Shown: positions 47,593-57,029 of the stretch, piece by piece
Numbering within the stretch: position 1 is the stretch's first letter
Layout of the letters: every line of letters starts with the position of its first letter
DNA from: an uncultured Enterobacterales bacterium
GTDB taxonomy: Bacteria; Pseudomonadota; Gammaproteobacteria; Enterobacterales; Succinivibrionaceae
DNA: 64,000 nt
Assembly: GCA_964651505.1 (NCBI GenBank)
Contig: CAZYXT010000001.1
Location: 499-64,498, forward strand
Reading direction: 5' to 3'
The notes under the pieces: model-generated
Database searches by the model: none
The model's input: the letters and a program-made list of their open reading frames with translations, nothing else
What the model was told of the DNA's origin: nothing
Made by a program: the position numbers and the translations under genes

Positions 47593-48339
47593 ATGCGTTT
47601 TTTAGTTGATCTGCATACCCACACCGTGGCCTCGGATCATGCCTATTCGACCATTGCCGACTATGTCAGACAGGCTCAGGAGACGGGGATTCAGATGTTT
47701 GCCACCACCGACCACGGGCCGTCGCTGCCTGATGCGCCTCACAAGTGGCATTTTGGCAATTTGAGGGTGATCCCCCATGTGGCAGACGGCATTGCCATCT
47801 TAAAAGGCGTGGAAGCCAACATCACCGCCTCAGGCGATATTGATTTGGAAGAGTACTACACCTCGCGCCTGGATATCGTGCTGTGCGGTTTTCACCCCAA
47901 TTACACCCCAACCGATCTTGTCACCCATACCGAGCTGATGTTAAGCGTCATCAAGTCAGGCAGGGTCGATATCATCACCCACCCGGGGCAGCCCAAGTAC
48001 CCCATCGATTTTGAGGCCGTGCTCGAGTGCGCCAAAGAGCATAACGTGGCAATTGAGATCAATGCCTCATCTTCCATCAACACCCGTTACGGCTCCCACG
48101 AAAATTGCGTGCAGGTGGCAAAGCTTGCCAAGAAGATAGGCAACATTGTGTCCCTGGGCTCGGATGCTCATGTCTGCTGGTTTATGGGCAGGTTTGATGA
48201 GGCTGTTTGCGTCATAGAAGAGGCAGGCCTGGGTTATGACAAGGTCATAAATACCTCTCCTGCCCGCGTGCTGGACTTTTTGGAGTCGCGCGGCAGGCCC
48301 CCCATCAAATCGCTGCGCAAGCTGTTTACCCCGCTTTAG
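47593..48339 (+). CDS. ycdX: PHP-domain phosphatase YcdX family
   Basis: MRFLVDLHTHTVASDHAYSTI and TDHGP, GFHP, ITHPG, GSDAH metal-ligand motifs of YcdX. Confidence 0.85.
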   Translation: MRFLVDLHTHTVASDHAYSTIADYVRQAQETGIQMFATTDHGPSLPDAPHKWHFGNLRVIPHVADGIAILKGVEANITASGDIDLEEYYTSRLDIVLCGFHPNYTPTDLVTHTELMLSVIKSGRVDIITHPGQPKYPIDFEAVLECAKEHNVAIEINASSSINTRYGSHENCVQVAKLAKKIGNIVSLGSDAHVCWFMGRFDEAVCVIEEAGLGYDKVINTSPARVLDFLESRGRPPIKSLRKLFTPL

Positions 48340-48358
48340 ATGCATAAGGAGGCAAACT

Positions 48359-48928
48359 GTGTTTGGAGCAAATATGAGTCACGCTTTGCAGCATTTAAAG
48401 CGCGACATGTCATTGTTCAAATTAAACCGCAAGATGGCGGTTGATTTGCGCGATCCTGCTTTCATGGTTGAAGAGGGAGATTACGTCATCGCTGCGGCAG
48501 CCCCTGCTCAATTAAAGGAGATCGAGGCTTTGCACCTGAGGGTATTTGGCTCTCCTCTGCCTGACTGGATGGCCTGGGTGTATAAGATAAGGATCGGGCA
48601 GCTTGTGACCGTGGCCTTAAAAGGCGATGTCATCGCAGGCTACGATGCCTTCATCTTTAACCCGGGGGAGGCTGATGATCTGATCTTGCACGAGCCTTTT
48701 GTGGGGGTAGATCCTGTTTTCCAAGGCCGGGGCGTAGGCGCCATGCTGCGCAAGCGTGCCTCCCAAAGTTACGAGCACGGCAGACTCAAAGGCTTGTCCA
48801 CCGTGGCCCCTTATGACGACATCAAGGCCCTGCGCTCGGCGCAAAACGCAGGCTTTGCCATCTTAAAGGCTTCGGCCAAGCCGCCCGGGCACTATCTGTT
48901 AAAGCCCCTGACGCCCAGGAAGTTTTAA
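48359..48928 (+). CDS. GNAT-family N-acetyltransferase
   Basis: Acetyl-CoA binding motif VGVDPVFQGRGVGAMLRK (Q/R-x-x-G-x-G/A). AAGGAGG RBS 6 nt before GTG 48359. Confidence 0.7.
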   Translation: MFGANMSHALQHLKRDMSLFKLNRKMAVDLRDPAFMVEEGDYVIAAAAPAQLKEIEALHLRVFGSPLPDWMAWVYKIRIGQLVTVALKGDVIAGYDAFIFNPGEADDLILHEPFVGVDPVFQGRGVGAMLRKRASQSYEHGRLKGLSTVAPYDDIKALRSAQNAGFAILKASAKPPGHYLLKPLTPRKF

Positions 48929-48940
48929 AAGGATTGGTTG

Positions 48941-50179
48941 ATGAACAAGTTTTCCGTGCAGGATAAAAGGTACATGGCAATGGCTTTGGAGCTTGCCAAA
49001 AAAGGCACTCTGAGCACTTCCCCCAATCCTGCGGTGGGCTGCGTCATCGTCAAAGACGATGCGGTGATAGGCTGCGGTTTTCATCATCAGGCAGGCACGG
49101 ATCATGCCGAAATCGTCGCCTTAAAAAGCGCAGGCGGCGCGGTCAGGGGGGCCACGGTCTACGTGACCTTGGAGCCGTGCTCGCACTACGGGCGCACTCC
49201 TCCTTGTGCCAAGGCTCTGGTCAAAGCCGGGGTGGGGCGGGTGGTGATGGCCATGACCGATCCCAATCCCAAGGTGGCAGGGCGCGGCATCGCCATCTTA
49301 AAAGAGGCCAAGATCAAAACCGATGCGGGGCTCATGCAAAATGAAGCCGTCAAGCTCAACAGGCCCTTTTTGAAGGCCGTGCAGGGCTTCGGACCCTACG
49401 TGATGGTCAAGTGCGCCATGAGCCTTGACAACAAGTGCGCCTTAAAAGACGGGCAGAGCAAGTGGATCACCGGCACCAAAGCCCGCTCCCTTGGTCAATT
49501 GCTGCGCGCCAAGTGTGATGCGATCATTACAGGCTCCTCCACCGTGCGCTTTGATGATCCTGCCTTGACTTTGCGCGTAAAAGAGCTGCCCAAAAGCGCC
49601 AAACGCCGCTACTACATCCGCCCCGATTTGCAGCCTTTGAAGGTGATTTTAAATACTGACGGATCGCTTCTTGACAATCTTTGCGATTACCAAGTCTTCA
49701 AATCCGGAAGCACGCTGCTCGTGCTCTCGGATGCCCAAAAACTGCACGATTATCTTTTAAAGAACACAAGCTTTGGGGCTCCTTTGGCCGCCTCCTTTGG
49801 CAGCAGGCTTAAGCTTAACGAGCATGTGGGAGTGTTGCTGCTGCCTGCGGGGGCCGACGGCAAAATCGATCTTAAAGCCCTGCTGCAAGCGTTGGGGGAC
49901 ATGCAGCTGCGGTCGGTTTTGGTGGAGGCAGGCTCTCATCTGACCTCGGCCTTTTTGGACCAAGATCTGGCTGACGAACTTTACGTCTTCATCGGCGCCA
50001 AAACTTTGGGAAAGGGCGCGCAGGAGGCATTGCAACCCATGGAAGTTGCGCATCTGCAAGATGCCCCCGCCTACAAGCTTAAAAAAGTCAAAAAGCTTGG
50101 GGATGACGTCATGCTCAAATACTCAAGAGCTCAAGGAGATCTATGTTTACGGGAATTATTGAAGCCCAAGGCCTCTTAG
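48941..50179 (+). CDS. ribD: Bifunctional riboflavin biosynthesis deaminase/reductase RibD
   Basis: CMP/dCMP deaminase zinc motifs HAE...PCSHYGRTPPC, followed by the RibD_C reductase domain. Overlaps ribE by 37 nt. Confidence 0.9.
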   Translation: MNKFSVQDKRYMAMALELAKKGTLSTSPNPAVGCVIVKDDAVIGCGFHHQAGTDHAEIVALKSAGGAVRGATVYVTLEPCSHYGRTPPCAKALVKAGVGRVVMAMTDPNPKVAGRGIAILKEAKIKTDAGLMQNEAVKLNRPFLKAVQGFGPYVMVKCAMSLDNKCALKDGQSKWITGTKARSLGQLLRAKCDAIITGSSTVRFDDPALTLRVKELPKSAKRRYYIRPDLQPLKVILNTDGSLLDNLCDYQVFKSGSTLLVLSDAQKLHDYLLKNTSFGAPLAASFGSRLKLNEHVGVLLLPAGADGKIDLKALLQALGDMQLRSVLVEAGSHLTSAFLDQDLADELYVFIGAKTLGKGAQEALQPMEVAHLQDAPAYKLKKVKKLGDDVMLKYSRAQGDLCLRELLKPKAS

Positions 50180-50829
50180 CAAAGATAGAGCCCAAAGGCC
50201 GGGGTGCTGTGGTCAAAATCGGCGTGAGTGCAGGCTTTAAGTTAAAAGAGCGGGTGCAGACAGGCGATTCCATAGCCTGCAACGGGGTGTGTCTGACCGC
50301 CGCGGCCCTCTATGATGATGCCTTTGCAGCCGACGCCTCCCCCGAGACCATGTCGCTTACCTGTTTTAAGCATTACAGGCAGGGGCAAAAGCTTAATTTG
50401 GAACTGGCCTGCACTCCCTCTACCCATTTGGGCGGGCACATCGTGCAGGGCCACGTCGACGGGATAGGGGAGATTGTCAGGATTGTCAAAAGCTCCGAGG
50501 CTTACGATGTCTATATCAAGCCTCCTTTTGAGCTTTTAAAATACATCGCCCCCAAAGGCTCCATAGCCGTGGACGGAGCCTCCCTCACCGTCAACGAGCT
50601 TTTGGATGACAATACTTTCCGTCTTACCCTGATCCCTCACACGGCAAGCATTTTGAACTTTTCATCCTGGCGCCCGGGGACCTTGGTGAACATCGAGGCC
50701 GACGTGCTTGCCCGCTACTTGGAGCAGCTTTTAAAGCATGCCTGCGCACAGCGCCCGCCATCTCATGGCAATCAAGGCGGACTGAGCCTTGAGGCCCTGT
50801 CTCAAAATGGCTTTTTGAAGCAGTTTTGA
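50143..50829 (+). CDS. ribE: Riboflavin synthase alpha chain
   Basis: MFTGIIEAQG start and duplicated lumazine-binding repeats (GDSIACNGVCLT / GSIAVDGASLTV). Confidence 0.92.
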   Translation: MFTGIIEAQGLLAKIEPKGRGAVVKIGVSAGFKLKERVQTGDSIACNGVCLTAAALYDDAFAADASPETMSLTCFKHYRQGQKLNLELACTPSTHLGGHIVQGHVDGIGEIVRIVKSSEAYDVYIKPPFELLKYIAPKGSIAVDGASLTVNELLDDNTFRLTLIPHTASILNFSSWRPGTLVNIEADVLARYLEQLLKHACAQRPPSHGNQGGLSLEALSQNGFLKQF

Positions 50830-50890
50830 TTAAAATAACGCAACTTTATTTGAAGGTTGTACGGGAGAGTAAGCTCCCCTTGGAGATTGT

Positions 50891-51364
50891 ATGTCATATA
50901 AGGTTATTGAGGGGCAGCGCCCTTGTCCCGATGCCAGGATCGCTCTGGTCGTATCCCGTTTTAACAGCTTTATCACCGAGCGTCTGCTCGAGGGCGCCTT
51001 AGATACCTTAAAAAGAGACGGTCAGGTCAAAGACGAAAACGTCACCGTCATCAGGGTGCCAGGAGCCCTTGAGATCCCTTTGACCGTCAAAAAGGCCGCA
51101 TCCTGCGGCAAGTTTGATGCCATCATCGCTTTGGGCCTGGTGCAGCGCGGCTCCACCTACCACTTTGAGATTGTGGCCAACGAGAGCGCCAAGGGGCTGG
51201 CCTTGATCACTCTTGAGAGCGGCATTCCCGTGGCCAACGGCATTTTGACCACCGATACTTTGGAACAGGCCGTCGAAAGGGCAGGCTCCAAAGCAGGCAA
51301 CAAGGGGACCGAGGCTGCCATGTCGGCCTTAGAGATGATCAATGTCTTAAAGGCCATGGACTAA
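50891..51364 (+). CDS. ribH: 6,7-dimethyl-8-ribityllumazine synthase
   Basis: [20 protein letters not shown]...VPGALEIP...THFEIVANE conserved RibH pattern. Confidence 0.92.
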   Translation: MSYKVIEGQRPCPDARIALVVSRFNSFITERLLEGALDTLKRDGQVKDENVTVIRVPGALEIPLTVKKAASCGKFDAIIALGLVQRGSTYHFEIVANESAKGLALITLESGIPVANGILTTDTLEQAVERAGSKAGNKGTEAAMSALEMINVLKAMD

Positions 51365-51367
51365 AAG

Positions 51368-51817
51368 ATGTCAGAAGGTGCCGTAAATCCAAGCATGCGC
51401 CACAAGGCGCGCCATTTTGCCCTGCAGGCTCTGTATCAGTGGCAGCTGACGGGCCACAGCCCCATGGAGATCGAAAAGCAGTTTTTGGAAGATCAGCCCG
51501 TGCAGGGCTCTGATCTTGAGTACATGCATGATCTCATTTTCGGGGTGATTGCCAACGCACAGGCCATCGACGGGACTTTCGAGCCCTGCCTGAGCCGGCC
51601 TTTAAAAGATCTCGATCAGGTGGACAAGGCCATTTTGCGTCTGGCCACTTTTGAGCTGATGTACCGTCAGGAAATTCCTTTTCGGGTGGTGATCAATGAG
51701 GCCATCATGCTTGCCAAGGAATTTGCCGAGCAGGACAGCCACAAATTTGTCAACGGCGTATTGGACAAGACCGTGCGGGCCATCCGCTCAAAGAAAAGCG
51801 CCCTGCCTCAAACTTAA
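51368..51817 (+). CDS. nusB: Transcription antitermination factor NusB
   Basis: RHKARHFALQALYQWQLTG...VINEAIMLAKEF...KFVNGVLDK conserved NusB pattern. Follows ribH. Confidence 0.92.
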   Translation: MSEGAVNPSMRHKARHFALQALYQWQLTGHSPMEIEKQFLEDQPVQGSDLEYMHDLIFGVIANAQAIDGTFEPCLSRPLKDLDQVDKAILRLATFELMYRQEIPFRVVINEAIMLAKEFAEQDSHKFVNGVLDKTVRAIRSKKSALPQT

Positions 51818-51824
51818 CCAAAAG

Positions 51825-51842
51825 GCGCAGCAAAGGCTGCGC
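51825..51842. terminator. Hairpin between convergent nusB and flgA (possible bidirectional terminator)
   Basis: GCGCAGC-AAAG-GCTGCGC flanked by A-rich and T-rich bases. Overlaps the flgA stop codon. Confidence 0.5.
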
Positions 51843-52546
51843 TAAATTGCCACCTTGACCAGCTGCGGTCCCTGCACCGTGCCCAGCACCACTTTTTTGG
51901 TCTTCTTGTTGCGCACCCTGATGGTGTCGTTGACAAAGCCGTCTTCCATGGCCTCGCCGGTGGTCTTAAGCGACAATCCTCCCCTTTCGGCCTCTAGTGA
52001 CACCACATCGCCCTTGCACACCACGCAGATGTTGGTGGGGTTAAAAAAGTCCCCCGCCTTAAGATCGCGTTTTAACTTGGAGCCTATGAGGATCTGAGTG
52101 TTCTCCACGATCCCCTTGGTGCGCGAGGAGTCTTGGATATACTCTTCTTTGAGATCCCCGGGGCCCAAGATGGTTCCGCGGGGCAGATCCGATGCGGCCG
52201 TGATCCTGCGCTTTAAGATGTCGACCTGGGCTCTCACATACAGAGTGTAGGGATTTTGGGGTCTGGCGCAGACCAATTTTACGGTCGAGTTGGAGCGCAC
52301 CCCCTCTGAAGTCAGTTCGGCGCTCAAATAGCCCTCGCATTTGCCCTCGAAATCGCGCATGGGATCTATTTTGTCGATTCTGATCACAACCTTTTCATTT
52401 TCCCCGAGGGAGCGAAAATGGGCGTTAATGTAGTTATAGGCTACCTTTTCGAGAAAATCTGCCTCTTCCTGGCTGGCAAGAATCTGCGAGGGGGCGCTTA
52501 AGAACAGTAAACAAAATGCCGTTATGAGGGGAAGGTGAAGGTGCAT
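51842..52546 (-). CDS. flgA: Flagellar basal-body P-ring formation chaperone FlgA
   Basis: Signal peptide MHLHLPLITAFCLLFLSAPSQILA. C-terminal SAF/ChapFlgA domain (VVCKGDVVSL...LKTTGEAMEDGFVNDTIRVRN..TKKVVLGTV). GGAGAG RBS before ATG 52546. Confidence 0.85.
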   Translation of the reverse strand: MHLHLPLITAFCLLFLSAPSQILASQEEADFLEKVAYNYINAHFRSLGENEKVVIRIDKIDPMRDFEGKCEGYLSAELTSEGVRSNSTVKLVCARPQNPYTLYVRAQVDILKRRITAASDLPRGTILGPGDLKEEYIQDSSRTKGIVENTQILIGSKLKRDLKAGDFFNPTNICVVCKGDVVSLEAERGGLSLKTTGEAMEDGFVNDTIRVRNKKTKKVVLGTVQGPQLVKVAI

Positions 52547-52680
52547 GTTTCTCTCCTGTGGCCAAACCCGATACGGATCGCAGTTTTTGTGCGCTTGAAA
52601 AATATTGTAGCGCACCGGCCGGTAAAATGGGAAAATCTCCTCCACGGATCGAGAATTTTTATAAATATTAAGGGAGTGCC

Positions 52681-53667
52681 ATGGCTTCAGTAATGGATTC
52701 GGTAAACCAGCTCACCGAGCTGGTGGGTCAAAACCGCATGGAGCTTCTGCTCTTCAGATTATCAGGACTCAATCAGCGCTACGGCATCAATGTGTTCAAG
52801 GTGCGCGAAGTCCTGCCATGCCCGAGGCTGACGGTCATGCCGCGTCTTCACAAGTACGTGATAGGCATTGCCCATATCCGCGGCAAGACTTTGTCGGTGA
52901 TAGATCTGGCTTACGCGGTGGGCGGGCGCCCTTGTCCTTCTGACGAGTTTGACAAGCATTTCATCATCATTGCCGAGTACAACCGCTCTACCCACGCTTT
53001 TTTGGTTTCGCACGTCGAGCGCATTTTGAACATGAACTGGGCCAAGATCATGCCGCCGCCTAAGGGGGCAGGCCACAGCAACTACATGACTGCCGTCACC
53101 GAAATAGACAACGAACTGGTGGAGATCCTCGATGTCGAGAAGATCCTCGACGAAATCTCGCCTTCGACCGTGTCCGTCAGCGAGGAGGTCATCGACAGGG
53201 CGCGCACGTCGGGCGAACACCTCCGCGGCCTCAAGGTTTTGGTGGCCGACGACTCGAAAGTGGCCATCAATCAGGTGGCCAGGGCCATGAATGAGATCGG
53301 GGTTGATGTCATCAAGGCCTCCGACGGCAAGCAAGCCTACGGGATCTTGCGCGAGTTTGCCGCCAAGGGCCCGATCCGCGACAGCATCGGTTTGGTGATT
53401 TCCGATGTGGAAATGCCCGAGATGGACGGCTACACCCTGTGCGCCTCCATCCGCCAAGATCCTGCGTTAAAAGATTTGTATGTGATCTTGCACACTTCGC
53501 TGTCAGGCGTGTTCAATCAGAGCATGGTGTCCAAAGCAGGCGCCAACGACTTTATTCCCAAGTTCAATCCTGACGAGCTGGCCTCGGCCGTGGACAAGGG
53601 CATCAAGACGCTGGAGCAGGGAATTTCAGGCTCTGAGTGCATCATGAAGAAGATAACGTTCAGCTGA
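52681..53667 (+). CDS. cheV: Chemotaxis coupling protein CheV (CheW domain + receiver domain)
   Basis: CheW-like N-terminal half (LLLFRL....YGINVFKVREV). Receiver C-terminal half (VLVADDS...ISDVEMPEMDG...LHTSL...K). Confidence 0.88.
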   Translation: MASVMDSVNQLTELVGQNRMELLLFRLSGLNQRYGINVFKVREVLPCPRLTVMPRLHKYVIGIAHIRGKTLSVIDLAYAVGGRPCPSDEFDKHFIIIAEYNRSTHAFLVSHVERILNMNWAKIMPPPKGAGHSNYMTAVTEIDNELVEILDVEKILDEISPSTVSVSEEVIDRARTSGEHLRGLKVLVADDSKVAINQVARAMNEIGVDVIKASDGKQAYGILREFAAKGPIRDSIGLVISDVEMPEMDGYTLCASIRQDPALKDLYVILHTSLSGVFNQSMVSKAGANDFIPKFNPDELASAVDKGIKTLEQGISGSECIMKKITFS

Positions 53668-53837
53668 TAAGTGCAAAAGGGGGATCGAGCGGTCTGCGGT
53701 ATTTGTGAGCCGTGCAACAGACTAGACTGTGATTGCGGTTTATGATGGTAAGCAAGCCCGATCAGATTAATGCGCGAACGTATATGCAAAGATACTAAGT
53801 AAAGCGCTGACATTCAATTTGGAAAAGAAAAATCATT

Positions 53838-54938
53838 ATGGCTACACCACCTAATCCTCACAAGAGGCTTAGTCATTTGACTAAGCCGTTAGGCTTGACG
53901 CGCACCAACAACAGTGCGCCTTCGGCCACTGCATCGGTTTTGCGCAAAGATCCAAACGCCGTCGACCGAGCGACTTTCACTCCTTCTCAGTATCCGGGAG
54001 CAGACGCCTTGGCCATGCAGGCTCAAAAGGCCGGTTTTTTGGGGGTGGCAGCCCGCAATCCGAACGTCACGTCTGCGCCCTTGGATCAGCTGACCGTGCA
54101 ATCGCGCACCGTCTCGGACATGCAATATCGCAGGTTTGCAGCCTATATCGAAGAAAAATGCGGCATCGTCTTGGGAGACAGCAAGCAGTATCTGGTCAAC
54201 AGCCGCCTGTCGTCTTTGCTGTTGCGCTTTGGCGTGCCCACGGTGGACGAGCTCATCAACAAGGCCATGGATCCTGTGCGCTTTAAGGAAATTTCAGATT
54301 CGGTCATCGATGCGATGACCACCAACGAAACCTTATGGTTCAGAGATACTTATCCGTATCTGGCCTTAAAGAACCTGATCCTCCCTGACATCGCCCGCCG
54401 CGGCAAGACGCCGGTGCGCATCTGGTCGGCAGCCTGTTCATCGGGGCAGGAGCCATACTCGATTGCCATGGTCGTGCAAGAACAAGCCTCGCAGATGGTC
54501 AAGGTCGATCCTGCCACCACGCAGATCGTAGGCACCGACATTTCCCCTGAAATGCTCGAGCGCTGCAAGGCAGGTCTGTATGACAACCATGCCTTGGCCC
54601 GCGGTTTGAGCGCCGAGCGCAAGGCCAAATTCTTCAGGCCCACCGAAGATCCCAATTTGATGCGCATTGACGACAAGATCAAAGCCATGGTGTCCTTCAA
54701 GCAGATGAATCTTTTGGGCTCGTATGCGCTCTTGGGCCACTTTGATGTCATCTTCTGCCGCAACGTGCTCATTTACTTCAACAACGAAGTAAAGTCGCAG
54801 ATTTTGGAGAAGTTTGCCCAAAGCCTCAACCCGGGCGGCTATTTGATCCTAGGCTCCTCCGAGTCCATGTCGGGCCTTACCGACCGCTACGACATGGTCC
54901 GCTGCAACCCGGGTCTTGCCTACCGCTTAAGGGGCTGA
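53838..54938 (+). CDS. cheR: Chemotaxis protein methyltransferase CheR; about 95 aa of N-terminal sequence beyond the usual CheR start (start uncertain)
   Basis: The CheR N-terminal helical domain begins about MQYRRFAAYIEEKCGIVLGDSKQYLVNSRL. SAM-binding domain: RIWSAACSSGQEPYSIAM, FCRNVLIYF, GGYLILG. Confidence 0.85.
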   Translation: MATPPNPHKRLSHLTKPLGLTRTNNSAPSATASVLRKDPNAVDRATFTPSQYPGADALAMQAQKAGFLGVAARNPNVTSAPLDQLTVQSRTVSDMQYRRFAAYIEEKCGIVLGDSKQYLVNSRLSSLLLRFGVPTVDELINKAMDPVRFKEISDSVIDAMTTNETLWFRDTYPYLALKNLILPDIARRGKTPVRIWSAACSSGQEPYSIAMVVQEQASQMVKVDPATTQIVGTDISPEMLERCKAGLYDNHALARGLSAERKAKFFRPTEDPNLMRIDDKIKAMVSFKQMNLLGSYALLGHFDVIFCRNVLIYFNNEVKSQILEKFAQSLNPGGYLILGSSESMSGLTDRYDMVRCNPGLAYRLRG

Positions 54939-55089
54939 TAACAAATAATCAACGGCACATGCAAAAGCGTCTGAAAACAGACGCTTTTGCGGTTTTTGGG
55001 CCCTGCATATGTCAAAAAGCCGTGAAAACGGCCCTCAACCCTCCAAAAATCCTCAGTAAAATCAATAAGTTAGCCTCTATTTTATCCTT

Positions 55090-55105
55090 TGGCACGAAAA
55101 ATGCT
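55090..55105 (+). promoter_or_regulatory. Sigma-54 promoter upstream of flgB
   Basis: TGGCACgaaaaaTGCt has exact GG-N10-GC spacing with a consensus -24 TGGCAC. It lies about 50 nt upstream of flgB. Confidence 0.7.
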
Positions 55106-55155
55106 CAATACAGTCAGGCTTATTTCAAAGCGCAAGTTTTAAAAGGATGAAAGTC

Positions 55156-55578
55156 ATGGCTGTAAGTTTTGACCAAGTATTCGGCATTCATCAGCACACC
55201 ATCAGGGTGCGCACGGATCGGGCCGAAGTGATTGCAGGCAATTTGGCCAATGCAGACACCCCGGGTTTTAAGGCTCGCGGGTTGGATTTTAACCAGGCCT
55301 TAGTCGAGCAGGCGAACCTTGCGGTGGTCAACAATGATCCGCCCATGGCTAAGACCAACGAAAAACACATGGACATAAGCGATCTCAAACGCGATCCCGA
55401 GTTGGTGCTCAAGTACCGTCTGCCTTATCAGACCGACACGGGCAACGGCAATACCGTTGAAGTTTCCACCGAGCGCATGAACTATTTGTCCAATAACATC
55501 GAATACCAAGCTTCGCTGCTATTTCTAAACGGGCGCATCTCCAAGCTGATGAACGCCTTGCAGTCGGGCAACAGCTAA
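55156..55578 (+). CDS. flgB: Flagellar basal-body rod protein FlgB
   Basis: MAVSFDQVFGIHQHTIRVRTDRAEVIAGNLANADTPGFKAR is the conserved rod-protein N terminus. The second ATG is preferred on RBS spacing and on similarity to the Vibrio FlgB start. Confidence 0.9.
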   Translation: MAVSFDQVFGIHQHTIRVRTDRAEVIAGNLANADTPGFKARGLDFNQALVEQANLAVVNNDPPMAKTNEKHMDISDLKRDPELVLKYRLPYQTDTGNGNTVEVSTERMNYLSNNIEYQASLLFLNGRISKLMNALQSGNS

Positions 55579-55590
55579 GAGGGATAAAAA

Positions 55591-56052
55591 ATGAGCGTCT
55601 TTCGTATTTTGGATATAGCAGGCACGGCCATGAACGCCCAATCGGTGCGTTTGAATGCCACCGCCTCCAATTTGGCCAATGCCGAATCCGTCTCTTCGTC
55701 GGTAGATCAGACTTACAAGGCCAGAAGGCCTTTGTTTACCGCCGCCTGGGATGAGGCGTTGGAATATCAGAAGAATACCGGCGAGCGTTGCGATCCCAAG
55801 ACGGGCGAACCCTATGGCATAGGCGTGGGCCTGATGGGCGTGGTGGAATCCGATGCTCCGGTAGTGGTGGAATATAGCCCCGACCATCCTTTGGCCGATG
55901 AGAACGGTTATATCTACCGACCCAATGTCAATCCGGTGGAAGAAATGGCCGACATGATCTCTGCCAGCCGTTCCTACCAGACGGCAGTGCAGCTGGCCGA
56001 CTCTGCCAAAGACATGCTGTTGCAGACCTTGAGAATAGGTCAGAGCAGTTAA
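55591..56052 (+). CDS. flgC: Flagellar basal-body rod protein FlgC
   Basis: MSVFRILDIAGTAMNAQSVRLNATASNLANAES and C-terminal VEEMADMISASRSYQ motifs. Confidence 0.92.
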   Translation: MSVFRILDIAGTAMNAQSVRLNATASNLANAESVSSSVDQTYKARRPLFTAAWDEALEYQKNTGERCDPKTGEPYGIGVGLMGVVESDAPVVVEYSPDHPLADENGYIYRPNVNPVEEMADMISASRSYQTAVQLADSAKDMLLQTLRIGQSS

Positions 56053-56113
56053 GATATTTAGTCACCAAACGCAGGGCAGACTGCAAGACTGCCCTCATTT
56101 GCAACGTCAGTAT

Positions 56114-56713
56114 TTATTCCTCGTCTATGCCCAAACCCTCGCCTTCGATTTCATCGCCCAAGCCAAAGAAGTGAGAGCCTGCGCAATAGTGCAAGGTGCG
56201 CAAATTCTTGGGAGCTCCCTTAAAGTTGATGTGATTGTTAGAGTAAACGCGCTCGTCGGCATAGGCCTTGATGCACTCTCCGATGAACAGATCGTAAGCC
56301 TCCTGATTGCGGGGCTCGGGGATCACCTTGCAGATAAGATAGCCGATGCAGCCGTCCATCAGAGGGATCTTAAAGCCGTCCTTGTAGAAGAATGTTGCGC
56401 CTGATTTTGCAAGCTTGTCCTTTTCGTCGTTCTTGCTGACCGTGCCCAGGTACAAAACTTCCTTGGCAACAGCCACGGTGGGCACGCCCACGGCAAAATA
56501 GCCTGATTTTTCGATCAAAGGACGGGTGAAGTGATCTTTGGCAATGGTTGCCGTGACCTTGGTGGGGCTCAAATCCAAAGGGCAGACCCAGGTGGCGGGC
56601 ATGGCCCCTTCGATTCCGTCATGCTCGGCCGTGACCATGCAGGTGGCGCCCAGGTTGACGATGCGAAAGACCTTGTTGATGTCAACTTCTTTCAAATGAT
56701 CTTGAGTAATCAT
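56114..56713 (-). CDS. Flavin reductase-like (FMN-binding split-barrel) protein
   Basis: Pattern VNLGATCMVTAEHDGIEGAMPATWVCPLDLSPTKVTATIAKDHFTRPLIEKSGYFAV is typical of the flavin_reduct domain. Opposite strand, between flgC and flgD. Confidence 0.65.
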   Translation of the reverse strand: MITQDHLKEVDINKVFRIVNLGATCMVTAEHDGIEGAMPATWVCPLDLSPTKVTATIAKDHFTRPLIEKSGYFAVGVPTVAVAKEVLYLGTVSKNDEKDKLAKSGATFFYKDGFKIPLMDGCIGYLICKVIPEPRNQEAYDLFIGECIKAYADERVYSNNHINFKGAPKNLRTLHYCAGSHFFGLGDEIEGEGLGIDEE

Positions 56714-56964
56714 GATTATCCCTTTTTATAATGATGCAAAGATGTTCATTAAGTTAGCACAGCTTGCAAAGGTTGGGCAGTCCCTGCGTAATTTATCAGT
56801 CAAGGAGGCTTTAAACAAAGTCATGTCAAAAAGAAGACAGCAAGCTGCGGCAGGGCGGAAAGAAGCAAGCTTGGCGGCGGCAAAAAGATCGTCTTTTTGC
56901 AGCCAAGCCTTCTTAAAATTTGCCAAAAATCTTGCGCAGGCGCCGCATCTGGCACTTTTTTAAA

Positions 56965-56980
56965 GTGGCACGAAAATTGA
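56965..56980 (+). promoter_or_regulatory. Candidate sigma-54 promoter upstream of flgD
   Basis: TGGCACgaaaaTTGAa has the same TGGCACGAAAA core as the flgB promoter. The -12 reads TTGA. It lies about 50 nt upstream of flgD. A second TGGCAC sits 17 nt further upstream. Confidence 0.5.
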
Positions 56981-57029
56981 ATAATAAGCTTACCAAGTTT
57001 AAGCGGCAAAGCCCTTAAAGGAGCAAATT

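Noticed and set aside
48929-50891. Expectation of an FMN riboswitch or ribBA in the rib cluster
   Set aside because: ribD follows the GNAT gene after 9-12 nt. ribE-ribH are separated by only 61 nt, with none of the conserved FMN-element sequence visible. ribBA is simply not in this window. The ribD/ribE 37-nt overlap looks like ordinary translational coupling.
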